From a virus (taxonomy: Duplodnaviria > Caudoviricetes), in IMG/VR virus record IMGVR_UViG_3300012041_000027, positions 1-48,677 of that record: DNA of 48,677 bases; one strand, 5' to 3'. A program made the translations under genes and the position numbers. The notes below the pieces were generated by a model. The model worked only from the letters and a program-made list of their open reading frames with translations, was not told where the DNA came from and made no database searches. This document shows positions 7,683 through 18,753 of this stretch, piece by piece. Position 1 is the stretch's first letter, and each line of letters starts with the position of its first letter.

Positions 7683-9979
7683 TGGGACCGACCTTTCAAG
7701 AACCTAATCAAATTCCTGGACCGATGGATAGTTCATCTAATCCAATGGCTATGCCTCCACAACAAGAGGAACAGGAACCAAAGAAACAGGCAACAGCAAT
7801 TCCTGATGAATATAAAACCTTATTATCATCCTTGCTCTCAATGTGTGAAAGAGAAGATGAAACAGTTCATTATGCCTGGGTCAGAAAAGCAAAGAGATTA
7901 GAACTCTATTTTAATAATATCGTAACTCTCTTCTGGGATAACCTTACTAATGATTGGTCTGTTCCTAATTGGGACGATAAAGAAGCTGAAGGAGTTCCGC
8001 CTAGGATTATCAATATCTACCGGCCACATGCCGAATCAATTATTGCAGCGTTAACGGTAGGAGTTCCTAACGTCCTATTCTTTCCTACTGATGCTGACAA
8101 TGCTGATGATATTGACAAAGCTGAAGCCTTTAGTTCATTAGCTAAGATTGTTCAGAAACATAACAAGGCTAAGTTACTCTATATTAAGATTCTATCAATC
8201 TTCTTTAATCAGGGAACACCATTTATTTATACTTATGCAAAGAAAGATAGAAGATTTGGATACTATCAAACAGAAGAGACATCATTACAAGATCATACAA
8301 CTTATCAACATGAATGTCCTATTTGTGGATATGGTTTTGGTGAGGGTGGAAAAGAATCTATTCCTAATCTTCCCTGCCAATCCTGTGGACAGGTAATTAA
8401 TACAGAAGTAACACCTCAAACTGTTAAAGTCCCTGTCCAGGTTCAAGTAGATAAAGAGAAATCGAGAGTAATAATTGACCCGTTTGGAGTTTTGAATGTC
8501 AAAGTTCCCTATTCTGCTAGGACACAAGAACATTGTGGCTTCCTAATTCTTAAATTTGATCAGTCTATTGCTTCTCTACGATCTATTTTTTGTATTCCTG
8601 GGCCGGCTGGAGAAGAACCACTCATTGAGAACATTGAATCATCAACAGCAGATGTCTCAACTGACACTTCAATCCGTTACCCATCTATTTTTCTTAATAA
8701 TCAGCCTCAAAATACCGCTGTAGTTAAGTGTGTTTGGTATAGACCTTGGCAATTTGACCTATTAGGTGGTCCTAGAGGCTCTTACAAAGAAGAAATTCAG
8801 AAAATTAAGGCAACTTATCCTGAAGGAGTCTATGTAATCTACGTTAACTCCGAACCAGTAGAGATTAATGGTGAAAGTTTAGACGATCATTGGACAATGG
8901 GTTTAGACCCTCGTGCTGCCTCAGTTCATAATGAGCCACTTGGGACAAACCTGGCAATGATTCAGGATATTACTGCTGAAATTGATGAATTAGAACTTCA
9001 AACGATGGAACATGGTATTTCCGAACTATTTATTGCTTCAGATGCCATTGATTTTACTAAATACGGAAATACTCAAGCAAAACCTGGCAATATTACTCAA
9101 ACCTTTAAAGAACCTGGTAGAAATATTGGAGATAACTTTTTCGAAACAAGAACCGCGCAATTATCACCTGAAGCCGGCAACCTCACTCAGAAATATAAGA
9201 ACCTTGCTGAGTTTGTTACTGGCGATTTCCCTACTGTTTATGGTGGTTCTGTTCCAGGTAGTTCAACGGCTACTGAATATACTAAATCTCAAAATCAAGC
9301 TCTTCAAAGATTAGGAACTATCTCTAGTATCTCTGCTCAGCTATGGGCTGATGTAATTGGTAAAGCTGTTAAGGAATATGCAGCTCAATTAGAGTATGAT
9401 GAGAAGCTAGTTGAGCGTAATGCTGGTGGTTTCCAGACTACTAATGTAGACCATATGGCATTAAAGCGTGGTGAAGTAGGAGAATGTGAACCAGAGTTCT
9501 CTGAACTATTACCAATCTCATCAATGCAGATTAAAGACACCTTAATGCAGATTGTTCAAGCAAAAGATCCATTGCTGATGGCTCTGCTCTCACATCCACA
9601 GAATAATGAACTAGTCAAAAAAGCACTCGGGATTCCAGAACTCTACATCCCTGGAATTAATGATAGAACGAAGCAGTATCGAGAAATCTCCTTGTTACTG
9701 CAACAACAACCGATGCCATCCCAGAATTCCCCACTTGGGATGGAATCATCTATTCCACCAGAGGAATTTGACGATCATCAGATTGAAATGGAACTCTGTA
9801 AGGTTTGGTTAAATAGTTCTAAGGGTCAGAAAGCTAAGTCTGAGAATCCTCCAGGTTATCAAAATGTTGTGTTGCATTGGAAAGCTCATCAGATGATGTT
9901 ACAGATGAGAACTGATGTTCCTAATGAAACACCGGCAGGTCAAGAACCAAATACTCTTTCAACAGGATTAGGTGGCTAG
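7682..9979 (+). CDS. Portal protein
   Basis: 765 aa after TerL; IINIYRP, TATE and Q/P-rich C-terminus typical of P22-like portals; internal CxxC..CxxC insert. Confidence 0.85.
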   Translation: MGPTFQEPNQIPGPMDSSSNPMAMPPQQEEQEPKKQATAIPDEYKTLLSSLLSMCEREDETVHYAWVRKAKRLELYFNNIVTLFWDNLTNDWSVPNWDDKEAEGVPPRIINIYRPHAESIIAALTVGVPNVLFFPTDADNADDIDKAEAFSSLAKIVQKHNKAKLLYIKILSIFFNQGTPFIYTYAKKDRRFGYYQTEETSLQDHTTYQHECPICGYGFGEGGKESIPNLPCQSCGQVINTEVTPQTVKVPVQVQVDKEKSRVIIDPFGVLNVKVPYSARTQEHCGFLILKFDQSIASLRSIFCIPGPAGEEPLIENIESSTADVSTDTSIRYPSIFLNNQPQNTAVVKCVWYRPWQFDLLGGPRGSYKEEIQKIKATYPEGVYVIYVNSEPVEINGESLDDHWTMGLDPRAASVHNEPLGTNLAMIQDITAEIDELELQTMEHGISELFIASDAIDFTKYGNTQAKPGNITQTFKEPGRNIGDNFFETRTAQLSPEAGNLTQKYKNLAEFVTGDFPTVYGGSVPGSSTATEYTKSQNQALQRLGTISSISAQLWADVIGKAVKEYAAQLEYDEKLVERNAGGFQTTNVDHMALKRGEVGECEPEFSELLPISSMQIKDTLMQIVQAKDPLLMALLSHPQNNELVKKALGIPELYIPGINDRTKQYREISLLLQQQPMPSQNSPLGMESSIPPEEFDDHQIEMELCKVWLNSSKGQKAKSENPPGYQNVVLHWKAHQMMLQMRTDVPNETPAGQEPNTLSTGLGG

Positions 9980-9981
9980 TT

Positions 9982-11295
9982 ATGTTTCTAGGAAATGTTT
10001 TCAATATTCCAGGTGAAATGGGCGGTTCTAATGAATCTGAACCTAGTTCTCCTGGCCCGACTGACAAAGACATTCTAAATCAGGATGATGACGATGCCAC
10101 TACCGATGAAAAAGTTCCCAGTAGAAGAGGAACCAAGGACGAAGATGAAGAAAGCGAGGATGAAACTGAGGAAGGGAAAGATGAAGAAGAAGAAGATTCA
10201 GCCGAAGATGACGATGAAGAATCTGATGGGACTGGGGATGAAGATTTAGATGATGAAGATGAGGATGAAGAAGATGAAGAATCTATTGAGGAAGTTGCTT
10301 CATCTGATTTATCTAAAGCAGTAAAGAAAGTAGCTCCTGATTTATTTAAGAAGATTCCTGGTCTAAGAGAGGCATTAGAGAGGGATAAAGAATACAGTGA
10401 AGTATTCTCGTCACCAGAAGATGCTAAAGTAGCAGCTAGGAATTCTGGCTACCTTAATGCTGTGTATGCTGATATTGCTTCTGGTGACGTAGACAGGACT
10501 GCTAACTTTCTTAAGGCAGTAAAGAATACTAACGAAGAATCATTTAAGGATTTCTCTCATACTATTTTAGATTCTATTGGTAAGTTAGAACCAGAACTTT
10601 ACGGCGAGGTAATGCTTAAGCCGATGAAGAGAGCTATCATGGCTATGTATGCCGATGCTCTCAAAACTGGTAATAAGAATCTTGCAGCAGTAGCTATTCA
10701 TGCTCATAATTACTGGTTTGATACTCAAGATATTAAGGCTCCTTTAGAAGATAGAAAGAAAACTACTAAGACAAAGGAGCAAGCAGAGTGGGAGAAAGAG
10801 AAAGAAGAATATGAAGGAACACGGAGTAATGAGTTCCGTGGAGCAGTAACAGAAGTAGTTAATCATTCAATGAAATTATCTATTACTAAGGAGTTAGATG
10901 GCGTTAAGTTAGACGATTACCAGAAGAGAAATATTATTAGGGATATTTTCCAAGGAGTAGATGAAGTTCTTGGTTCAGACAAACGATACTTAGGTGGAAT
11001 TCAATCTCTATTCGACCAAGCTAAATCCTCTAAGTATTCACAGGATTGGAAATCTCGAATTGTTAAGGCGTATTTGCAGCGAGCAAGACAAGCATTACCA
11101 GCAATCCGTAATAAGGTATTACGTGAAGCTGGAATCAAGTATAAAGAACAGCCAAAGTCTGAGTCACGCCGATTAGTTCCTGCTGGATTGGGTGGCAATA
11201 AAAGTGAAGGCACAGGTATTGACTTTAGCAGGGTGGATAGGTCCAGAACCACTGACATGGACATTTTAAACGGCAAACCGAAATATCTTAAGTAG
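9982..11295 (+). CDS. Scaffolding protein (putative)
   Basis: Very acidic N-terminus, helical, located between portal and capsid. Confidence 0.7.
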   Translation: MFLGNVFNIPGEMGGSNESEPSSPGPTDKDILNQDDDDATTDEKVPSRRGTKDEDEESEDETEEGKDEEEEDSAEDDDEESDGTGDEDLDDEDEDEEDEESIEEVASSDLSKAVKKVAPDLFKKIPGLREALERDKEYSEVFSSPEDAKVAARNSGYLNAVYADIASGDVDRTANFLKAVKNTNEESFKDFSHTILDSIGKLEPELYGEVMLKPMKRAIMAMYADALKTGNKNLAAVAIHAHNYWFDTQDIKAPLEDRKKTTKTKEQAEWEKEKEEYEGTRSNEFRGAVTEVVNHSMKLSITKELDGVKLDDYQKRNIIRDIFQGVDEVLGSDKRYLGGIQSLFDQAKSSKYSQDWKSRIVKAYLQRARQALPAIRNKVLREAGIKYKEQPKSESRRLVPAGLGGNKSEGTGIDFSRVDRSRTTDMDILNGKPKYLK

Positions 11296-11306
11296 GAGAT
11301 ACGACA

Positions 11307-12566
11307 ATGGCTGTTGGCGGGACACAGTTACTCTCAGTTGAAATGGAAAAGGTTCGTAAGAAGCTGTCAATGCTTTACGAGCTGGAATCCGCTAAGTTCT
11401 TTTCGACCGTAGAAAAGAAGGATACGGAAGTTATCTCTGAACGAGATATGCGTATTCCTCTTGCTATCGGTCCCGGTGGTTACTTCGGGTATTACAATCC
11501 CGATGGTGGAGATTTAGGGATTGGCGATGGACAGACCTATGATAAGGCTGTCATTAACACCGTCAATTTCAAACACGCCATTCAGTGGAATACCAAAGCT
11601 CAGTGGGGAACTGATGACTCCCGTAAGGCAGTTGTCAATCTCTTCAAAGAGTTAATGGCTAAAGCAATGCCTGAGTTTCGTCGTCAGACTGAATCTCAGT
11701 GCATGACTGCTGGTAATGGAGTTCTTGCAACTATTACTAGCTTGTCAACCACTACGTTAACAAATGACACTTTAACCTGCACGACTGATGGTTATGGTGT
11801 TAAGTTGTTACGTAAGGGTCAGCGAGTGCTGGTTTACGATGCAGCATTAGCAGCACCTCGCTCAGTAACTCCAGCAAAGATCATTGCGTATGACCTCGTT
11901 AATAAGAAGGTCCAGTTAGATGCAACGATTGCTGCGATTGCTCCTACCGACGTGATTGTTCCTGAAGGATTATCTGGTGCAAATCCAGTTGGTCTTTTCG
12001 GTGTTCCTTATCACGTTCAGAATAGCACTGTTGGTGCTTGGCTTGGATTACCCCGTGCTACTACTCCAGAAGTACAGGCTAATCGAGTTAATGCAGCAGC
12101 AGCCGCTTTAGCTCCAGCGTTTGCTCGTCGTGCAATTAATGCGATTGGCGATCGTTTGGGAATGGATAACAAGACTCCATTAGCAGCTTGGATGCATCCT
12201 TGCCAGGTTCAGGCTTATGAAGCTCTTGGACAGCTTGTCTCAATCATTAACAAAGAGGCAAGTGAACAAGGTCTTAATCTGTTCTTCAGCGAAAACATGC
12301 GTTTAGCTGGAGCGCCAATCAAGCCGAGTTTCATGTGGAATAAGACTCGGATTGACTTTCTCACTAATGATCATTGGGGTCGTGCAGAACTGACTCCTAT
12401 TGATTACTACACTGTCGAAGGTCGAAAGATTTTCGAGATGAGAGGAACTTCAGGTGGAGTTGCTACCTCTCAGGTGTTTTACATTGTGGCTAGCTGGAAT
12501 CTGTTCTGTGATTGCCCGCCAGCACAAGCGTATATTGATAACCTGGCAGTTCCGACAGGTTATTGA
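11307..12566 (+). CDS. Major capsid protein
   Basis: 419 aa, AGGAG RBS, position, C-terminal NLFCDCPPAQAYIDNL pattern of podovirus coat proteins. Confidence 0.85.
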   Translation: MAVGGTQLLSVEMEKVRKKLSMLYELESAKFFSTVEKKDTEVISERDMRIPLAIGPGGYFGYYNPDGGDLGIGDGQTYDKAVINTVNFKHAIQWNTKAQWGTDDSRKAVVNLFKELMAKAMPEFRRQTESQCMTAGNGVLATITSLSTTTLTNDTLTCTTDGYGVKLLRKGQRVLVYDAALAAPRSVTPAKIIAYDLVNKKVQLDATIAAIAPTDVIVPEGLSGANPVGLFGVPYHVQNSTVGAWLGLPRATTPEVQANRVNAAAAALAPAFARRAINAIGDRLGMDNKTPLAAWMHPCQVQAYEALGQLVSIINKEASEQGLNLFFSENMRLAGAPIKPSFMWNKTRIDFLTNDHWGRAELTPIDYYTVEGRKIFEMRGTSGGVATSQVFYIVASWNLFCDCPPAQAYIDNLAVPTGY

Positions 12567-12616
12567 TAGTTCACCAGAAAATTCCACTCCTTTTACAAGC
12601 TGGTGAAATAGGGGAG

Positions 12617-12663
12617 AGGGGGATTGGCAATTCTCTGTCCGGAGCAAAAGCCAGTCCCCCTTT
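12617..12663 (+). terminator. Hairpin after capsid gene (weak terminator or stabiliser)
   Basis: GGGGATTGGC..GCCAGTCCCC followed by CTTT. Confidence 0.5.
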
Positions 12664-12669
12664 AACTGA

Positions 12670-13240
12670 AATGACTCAAGACGAATTGTTCAATGCAAGA
12701 TTACTTAGAGTATACGGTAGAGAACAACTTACCGGACTACCAAAGTACCGTGTTGTTCGTTCAGAGTTACAGACTGAAAAGCGGTATGGTAGTTACGATA
12801 TTCTCACTCAAGAAACTGGAATCTGGCTTGGAACTAAGCAGGGTTTGGTGGAAATTAAGAAGTATTGGTACTTTCAAGCTGATTGTTGGCTCTTAGAAAG
12901 ATGTGAACCCAATACCAATAGGAAAGACATCTTTCATGATAAATTTACTTACGAACCAATACTTCCTTTTCTCGATAAAGATAATAATGTTTTGCCTCTT
13001 AACTGGAAAGCTATTGAGTTTCTTGTTAGCCGACTGGAAAGAGCTGAGAGAAGGCTGGTCACAGAGACAGAGCATCAACTTGAAGAAGAGAAGAAGATGA
13101 AAGTAGAGGAAGATAGAGTATTTGGTATTCTTGATAATCCAGACCCAATCAAGGAATTGCCAACATTTAAGTCATCAACGTTAATTCCAAAAGGTAAATC
13201 CAATGCCGTCAGCAACCGTATTGTCAATCTGTCCATTTGA
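12670..13240 (+). CDS. Hypothetical virion-module protein (start probably ATG 12670)
   Basis: ORF track 12563..13240; first ATG after the hairpin. Confidence 0.7.
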
Positions 13241-13859
13241 GACTATCGAAATTAAGCCTATTGCCAATGGATACTTCCGTATTCCAGCGGCTCAGAAGGA
13301 TGATTTCGTTCTATTGGTCATCAACGAATCGTCATATATTCAGAGAATGCCAGCTACTGACCATAGTATTGTTATTCCTGTTGCTGCTCATCATATTGCT
13401 AAATCTCTTGTAGATGATTTCATTAACACTGTTATTGAAGCTGATGATAATGCCGGGCCAGGAATGACTTGGTTTGAAGGTAGAGTTACTAAGACAGAAG
13501 TTCCTATTAAGTATGCTGAGGAATTATACAATCTTAGGGCTAGACAAATTCGTTGGTTTGAAAATCTTTGCCGTAAAGCTGATGATGACTGGAATCAGTA
13601 TCATAAGGTTGGATTGATTTCTGGACATCAGCGTTATGCAGCACAGTATTTAGGTTATACTCCAGAGTGGTTGCCTAACTACAACACTAATGCTGGAACT
13701 AAAGATTGTCCCTCATGTTTCTCTAAGATTGACGCTAGAGCTGTTGTTTGTATTAATTGCAAGGCAGTTCTTGATAGGGATAAGGCTTTACAGTTTGGAA
13801 TTATTCCTAATAATCCTGGTAATCAGTTATCCAATGCACCAACTCCTGTGAGAAAATAA
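13203..13859 (+). CDS. Hypothetical protein with C-terminal zinc ribbon
   Basis: CPSC-x10-CINC. Confidence 0.75.
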   Translation: MPSATVLSICPFETIEIKPIANGYFRIPAAQKDDFVLLVINESSYIQRMPATDHSIVIPVAAHHIAKSLVDDFINTVIEADDNAGPGMTWFEGRVTKTEVPIKYAEELYNLRARQIRWFENLCRKADDDWNQYHKVGLISGHQRYAAQYLGYTPEWLPNYNTNAGTKDCPSCFSKIDARAVVCINCKAVLDRDKALQFGIIPNNPGNQLSNAPTPVRK

Positions 13860-14519
13860 ATGGCTCTTTTGGCAAGCGAAGTAATGGATCGTTCAAGAGC
13901 AGTTCTTAATGATGTGGTAATGGATCTTTATACCAATGAGGTCTTACTACCATATCTTAAAATTGCTAATGACGATTTGTCTGATGAACTAGTAGATAAT
14001 GGCTCTACTGTTTCTAAAGATGTATCAGTAGACTTAATTATCCCAATTGGTCAAACAACACCAGTTCTTCCACAGGACTTTATTGTTCCAATTCAGGTAT
14101 TTGAAAAAGATCAGGGACAAACTGATGATTATTACAGGCCAGTAGACCAAAGAGAATTCAATCCTAATCTTTTGCCAGGTAATGAATTACGTTACTGGAC
14201 TTGGAGAGAGCAAACTATCTATACTTTAGGAGCTACTGTCAATAAGCTAATTAGAGTAAGATATTATCGTTTAATCTCCAGTGTTGTGGGAGAAAACAGC
14301 AACGTTGAATTAACTCATGCTCTTAATTATTTAGCTTATCATACTGCTGCTTTAGCTGCTGAACATGTTGGACAGAATCGTCAAAAGGCTATTGACCTGG
14401 AATCACAAGCTACAGATAAAATGTCTAAGTTGTTAAAGAAAGAAGTCAAACAGAGTCACTCCAAACCAACCAGGCGTAGACCTTTCAAACTTAACAGATA
14501 CACAACTTTCGTGAGGTAA
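13860..14519 (+). CDS. Head-tail adaptor (putative)
   Basis: Size, position, helical ends flanking LP.DF..RVRYY beta core. Confidence 0.65.
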   Translation: MALLASEVMDRSRAVLNDVVMDLYTNEVLLPYLKIANDDLSDELVDNGSTVSKDVSVDLIIPIGQTTPVLPQDFIVPIQVFEKDQGQTDDYYRPVDQREFNPNLLPGNELRYWTWREQTIYTLGATVNKLIRVRYYRLISSVVGENSNVELTHALNYLAYHTAALAAEHVGQNRQKAIDLESQATDKMSKLLKKEVKQSHSKPTRRRPFKLNRYTTFVR

Positions 14520-14521
14520 TC

Positions 14522-14884
14522 ATGGCTGAAGCTAAGGCAACTTTCACAACTTCTGATGTTTGGGATGATGGTAAGAAGATTCATGCTGTTGGAAGATTAA
14601 CAGTTACTCCAGCAGCTGATACCTATACTACTGGTGGTATTGCTTTCAATGTTCATGGCAATACGGTAGATGGTGCCGGATTAGGTATTCCACTTCCTAC
14701 TGTTTCATCTCAGCCGTTTTGGGGTAACATGGTTGGTGGAGCTTATTTTGCTCAGTATTTACCGGCAACCAATAAATTAAAGTTTTTAGTGATTGCTGGT
14801 GGAGCAGAAGTAGCTTCTGGTGCTGTTCCTGCTGGCTTGTCAAGTGATGTAATTACTGCTTACTTCATCTTTGACAAGTTCTAA
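14522..14884 (+). CDS. Small beta-rich virion protein
   Basis: GAGGT RBS, YTTGG motif, Gly/Ala-rich. Confidence 0.65.
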   Translation: MAEAKATFTTSDVWDDGKKIHAVGRLTVTPAADTYTTGGIAFNVHGNTVDGAGLGIPLPTVSSQPFWGNMVGGAYFAQYLPATNKLKFLVIAGGAEVASGAVPAGLSSDVITAYFIFDKF

Positions 14885-14906
14885 CAAGAGTTAGGGTGGG
14901 ACTGCA

Positions 14907-16811
14907 ATGGCTAAAATGACCTTACGGGAACATAATCAGGTTCCTGTTGGTGCTTTTAAAGGTCTTTATACTAATGGTGTGGATGATGCAGTCCCACCCG
15001 GCTACTTTATTGATTCACTTAATACTCAATTTGAAACGATTGAGGTAAAGACTCGTGACGGGTTTGTTAAAATCTTTACTCTTGCTAATATTAGGAGATT
15101 TTTTGTCTATAAGAGACTCAATGAAACGTCACGATACCTAATTCTTGATACTGATGGCTCCTTATGGGACTCGCTCTACGGTTCGCCGTTGGTTACTAAT
15201 GCTACGTACAAAGACTTCTCTGCCGTTAATTATCTTAATCGTGCTTATATTACTTTTCATGATAGAGTTAGTGGTATTCCGGGTGCTGTAATTCAAGTTT
15301 ATCAAGGAGAAGGACCAGGAACATTAAGACCTGCCGGTGGAACTCCTCCAAGCGGTTTTACTTTAGACGTTAATATGTCTACCACTTCTGGTAATTTGGG
15401 AGATGGTATCTATCTTGTTTCTGTTTGCTTTGAAACTGATTCAGGATTCATTACTTCTCCTGGTCCAGAAGTATTTGGTCAAGTAGATTCTCCAGGTTTA
15501 TTAAGAATGAATGTAGGGAATATTCCTATTGGACCAGAAGGGACAGTAGCAAGGCGATTACTTGTCACTAAGTCTATTCCTAGAGATATTTGGGATAACA
15601 ATCAATTAGGGTATGAATTCTTTTTCATGCCAGGCGGTCGAATTGGAGATAATACTACTGTTCTTATTACTGAGCTTAATTTCTTTGATGATGACCTTAT
15701 TGATAGTGCGGATTATCTTTTCGATAGCCGTTCAACTCTTCCATGTGGATTAGGATTATCTATTTACGGTAATAGAATGAGTGTTTGGGGTATTCCTGGC
15801 TTTGAACATCATGTATTTTTCTCTAAAGCTATCTTTATAGAGACATTCGATGAAACTGCTGGAATGTTATTTCTTGATCCTTCTGACGCTTCAACTCCTA
15901 TTACTAATACCGTCGATCACGAAACGTCCTTATTCATCCAAACTAGAGACAGGACTTACGTTACTGTTGATAACGGTGACAATCCTAATACTTGGAAGTG
16001 TGATCCTCTCGATAAGGCAATAGGAGCCGAGTGTTTCTCAGTCTCTAAAATTTTAGATTCTCGTGGAACATCAGTTAAGAGATATTTCCAGGGAGATAGG
16101 TCTGGAATCTATTGCTATGAGGGTGGTGGTTTCCAAGATCCACCTTTCTCTACAAATATTACTGATTTATGGGCTAGAATCAACAAAAAAGAATTCAATA
16201 AAGTTCAATTAGTTGATGACCCTGAAAATAAAATACTATACGCTGCTATTCCATTAGAAGGTGCAGTAGAGTGTACTCATATTGTTACTGGTGATTATAA
16301 CAATGCTTTTAACAGGTATGGACAATTAGTAGGTTCCCTAGTTCGTTGGAATCTATGGGCATTTCCCTGGCTCGTTTCAACGATTGTAATTGATACTGAC
16401 CAATTTGCTACTACAGTCTTTAAACAGGCAGGTTTTGAGGGAAATATCTATCAGAATGACTCAGAACTTGTTTTAGATGATAATACTAGGATTACATCTT
16501 ATATTCAAACTCATTTAAATACTACTAAGGGTAAGTTTGTAAACCATTTTGGATTCTTAGAAGCTAGAGTTGAGGGAGTTGGTGGATTAAACATTATTCT
16601 TTATGGAATGAATAACGTAAAGATTATGAATCCACCGAAATGGCACCTAATTCCTGGTCCTAGTCTTTATTACCAGAAACCTATTAACTTTGTAGGACCA
16701 AAGATGTCCGTTAAGTTAATGGCAAATCTTAATGCTGGTGACAAGTTTACTCTATTTGATTTATCAGTAGATTCTAAGCCTCTCTGGGCTGAAACTCCTC
16801 GTTTACCATAA
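14907..16811 (+). CDS. Tail nozzle / stabilisation protein (P22 gp10-like role)
   Basis: 634 aa, beta-rich, FKGL..N..V.TRDG N-terminus, follows adaptor. Confidence 0.65.
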   Translation: MAKMTLREHNQVPVGAFKGLYTNGVDDAVPPGYFIDSLNTQFETIEVKTRDGFVKIFTLANIRRFFVYKRLNETSRYLILDTDGSLWDSLYGSPLVTNATYKDFSAVNYLNRAYITFHDRVSGIPGAVIQVYQGEGPGTLRPAGGTPPSGFTLDVNMSTTSGNLGDGIYLVSVCFETDSGFITSPGPEVFGQVDSPGLLRMNVGNIPIGPEGTVARRLLVTKSIPRDIWDNNQLGYEFFFMPGGRIGDNTTVLITELNFFDDDLIDSADYLFDSRSTLPCGLGLSIYGNRMSVWGIPGFEHHVFFSKAIFIETFDETAGMLFLDPSDASTPITNTVDHETSLFIQTRDRTYVTVDNGDNPNTWKCDPLDKAIGAECFSVSKILDSRGTSVKRYFQGDRSGIYCYEGGGFQDPPFSTNITDLWARINKKEFNKVQLVDDPENKILYAAIPLEGAVECTHIVTGDYNNAFNRYGQLVGSLVRWNLWAFPWLVSTIVIDTDQFATTVFKQAGFEGNIYQNDSELVLDDNTRITSYIQTHLNTTKGKFVNHFGFLEARVEGVGGLNIILYGMNNVKIMNPPKWHLIPGPSLYYQKPINFVGPKMSVKLMANLNAGDKFTLFDLSVDSKPLWAETPRLP

Positions 16812-18226
16812 TGGCTAACGAGAACGCAATTCGTAATTTAATTCGGATTGATGATAAGGAGAATCCAACACTCTTTCGTGCTTTGCAGTTGATGGTTGAC
16901 GATTTATATAAGATTAATAGTGTAGTATTTCCACCTACTCCAGTAGACGGCGACCAGACAGGACCAGGAGCAGGATTATTACCAGCAGTTAGTAACTTTA
17001 CAGGAATAGCTTATCCTGATAACTTAAGATTAGATTGGGATAATCTAACAGGAGCATTTCGCTATTCTATTAAGATGGGAGATGATTGGGATACAGCTAG
17101 ACATATCTTAATTACTGCAACAGATATGGCTAACGTTGACCCAGTTTATCTTAACTTAGTATATGGCACTTACACTTTTATTATTCGAGCAATGGATGTT
17201 AATGGAGTTTTAGGTTTACCAGCTTTTGCGCAGCTAACTATTCCTACTATCGGGCCACCAGATTTATCTGTTGAAGCAATTGTTTCCACTGTTCTTTTAA
17301 GATGGACAGTTCCAGATTCAGCTTGGCGGATTGACCACTACATTATCTATAAGAATGATTTACCGATTGGAACTATTCGAGGAACATTTGATTTAATCCA
17401 AGAACAAGTTGGTGGGACTTATTCATATGCAGTAGCAGCAGTTGATATTGTTGGTAATATTGGCACGCGGTCAGCAGTTAAGACTATTACTTTACATGAC
17501 CCATCAGAGTTTGCTTTCGTTGCAGATATTAAAGCAGAGTTTGATGGTGTTTATGTAAGAACAGTATTTACAGTTTTAGATGGTATTGAAGGAGTATTAG
17601 GACCAATACCAGTTGATACTTGGCAACAGCATTATGTATTCTTTGGGTATGATAATGCTCAAGAACAAATAGATGCTGGCTATCCGCTTTATTACCAGCC
17701 AACTTATGTTGGTGATGGAACTTATGAAGAAGTATTTGATTTTGGTGTAATTCACAAGAACTTAAAAGTTGTTGTAGATTACAGCAAATTGCAAATCTTT
17801 GGTTCTACTAATGTTAATACTTCTATTTCATCTTCTGAGGATGGAATTACTTATACTACTCCTATTGTTGGTGATAGTTTATTAGTTGCTAGTTTTCGTT
17901 ACATAAAAATTATTTGGACTTTTACTAATGTTGATGATAAGTCAGTTGCTTTCATTTCTAACATGCACGTAGTTTTATCAGTTACATTAACATTAGATTC
18001 TGGTTCTATTGATGCGTTAGCTAGTGATGTTGGTGGAACATTAGTAACTTATAATAAGATTTTCACAGGAATTAATTCAGTAACAGCAACGCCGGCAGTT
18101 TCATTGCAACCACTCTACTCTGTTTGTGATGATATTACTAAAGATAACTTTAGAGTTCTAGTGTTCTCATCTTCTGGACAAAGGCAGAACGCAAACATTA
18201 GCTGGAAAGCTCGGGGAATTATCTAG
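16811..18226 (+). CDS. Fibronectin-III-like tail / host-specificity protein
   Basis: L.W..Y.I..YTFIIRAMD and YSYAVAAVDIVGN Fn3 patterns; C-terminal ISWKARG. Confidence 0.75.
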   Translation: MANENAIRNLIRIDDKENPTLFRALQLMVDDLYKINSVVFPPTPVDGDQTGPGAGLLPAVSNFTGIAYPDNLRLDWDNLTGAFRYSIKMGDDWDTARHILITATDMANVDPVYLNLVYGTYTFIIRAMDVNGVLGLPAFAQLTIPTIGPPDLSVEAIVSTVLLRWTVPDSAWRIDHYIIYKNDLPIGTIRGTFDLIQEQVGGTYSYAVAAVDIVGNIGTRSAVKTITLHDPSEFAFVADIKAEFDGVYVRTVFTVLDGIEGVLGPIPVDTWQQHYVFFGYDNAQEQIDAGYPLYYQPTYVGDGTYEEVFDFGVIHKNLKVVVDYSKLQIFGSTNVNTSISSSEDGITYTTPIVGDSLLVASFRYIKIIWTFTNVDDKSVAFISNMHVVLSVTLTLDSGSIDALASDVGGTLVTYNKIFTGINSVTATPAVSLQPLYSVCDDITKDNFRVLVFSSSGQRQNANISWKARGII

Positions 18227-18753
18227 TGTTTATTCGCTACAATGAAGCAATAGATTTCTATGAATATGATACTAGTGCTGGTCAGACTGGCGCTGGTCCT
18301 TGGTTAGTATTGCCATTAGATTATGTTAGATTAACTAATAAACCAGTAGCAACCTCTTATGAAGTTGGTAATTGGACACCATCTTTGGCAGTTGATACTG
18401 GTGGTTCTACTACTTATTCTGAACAAACTGGAAGATATACTAAAATTGGTGACTTAGTTTACTGTTCTTTTAGTTTGACAATTTCAACAGCCTCTTGGAA
18501 TATTTCTCAAACTCTTAAACTTGTTGGATTCCCATTTATTAGTCTTACAGCATTGGCGGCATCTGGAACTCTTAGTTATTATACTCAATCCCGAGCCGTA
18601 TATTCCTTAGATATTTATATGCCTAATGGTTTATCTAGTGCTATTTTTCATTGTCATAATAGTTTCAGCGGCTCTATTGATATTGCATTATTAGCGGGTG
18701 ATATTCCTGCTAATGGTAGATTTATTGGCTCAGTTGTATACAAGGCTGGTTAA
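18226..18753 (+). CDS. Tail fibre / receptor-binding subunit
   Basis: GNWTP..GRYTKIGDLVY..GFPF pattern of fibre head domains. Confidence 0.7.
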   Translation: MFIRYNEAIDFYEYDTSAGQTGAGPWLVLPLDYVRLTNKPVATSYEVGNWTPSLAVDTGGSTTYSEQTGRYTKIGDLVYCSFSLTISTASWNISQTLKLVGFPFISLTALAASGTLSYYTQSRAVYSLDIYMPNGLSSAIFHCHNSFSGSIDIALLAGDIPANGRFIGSVVYKAG

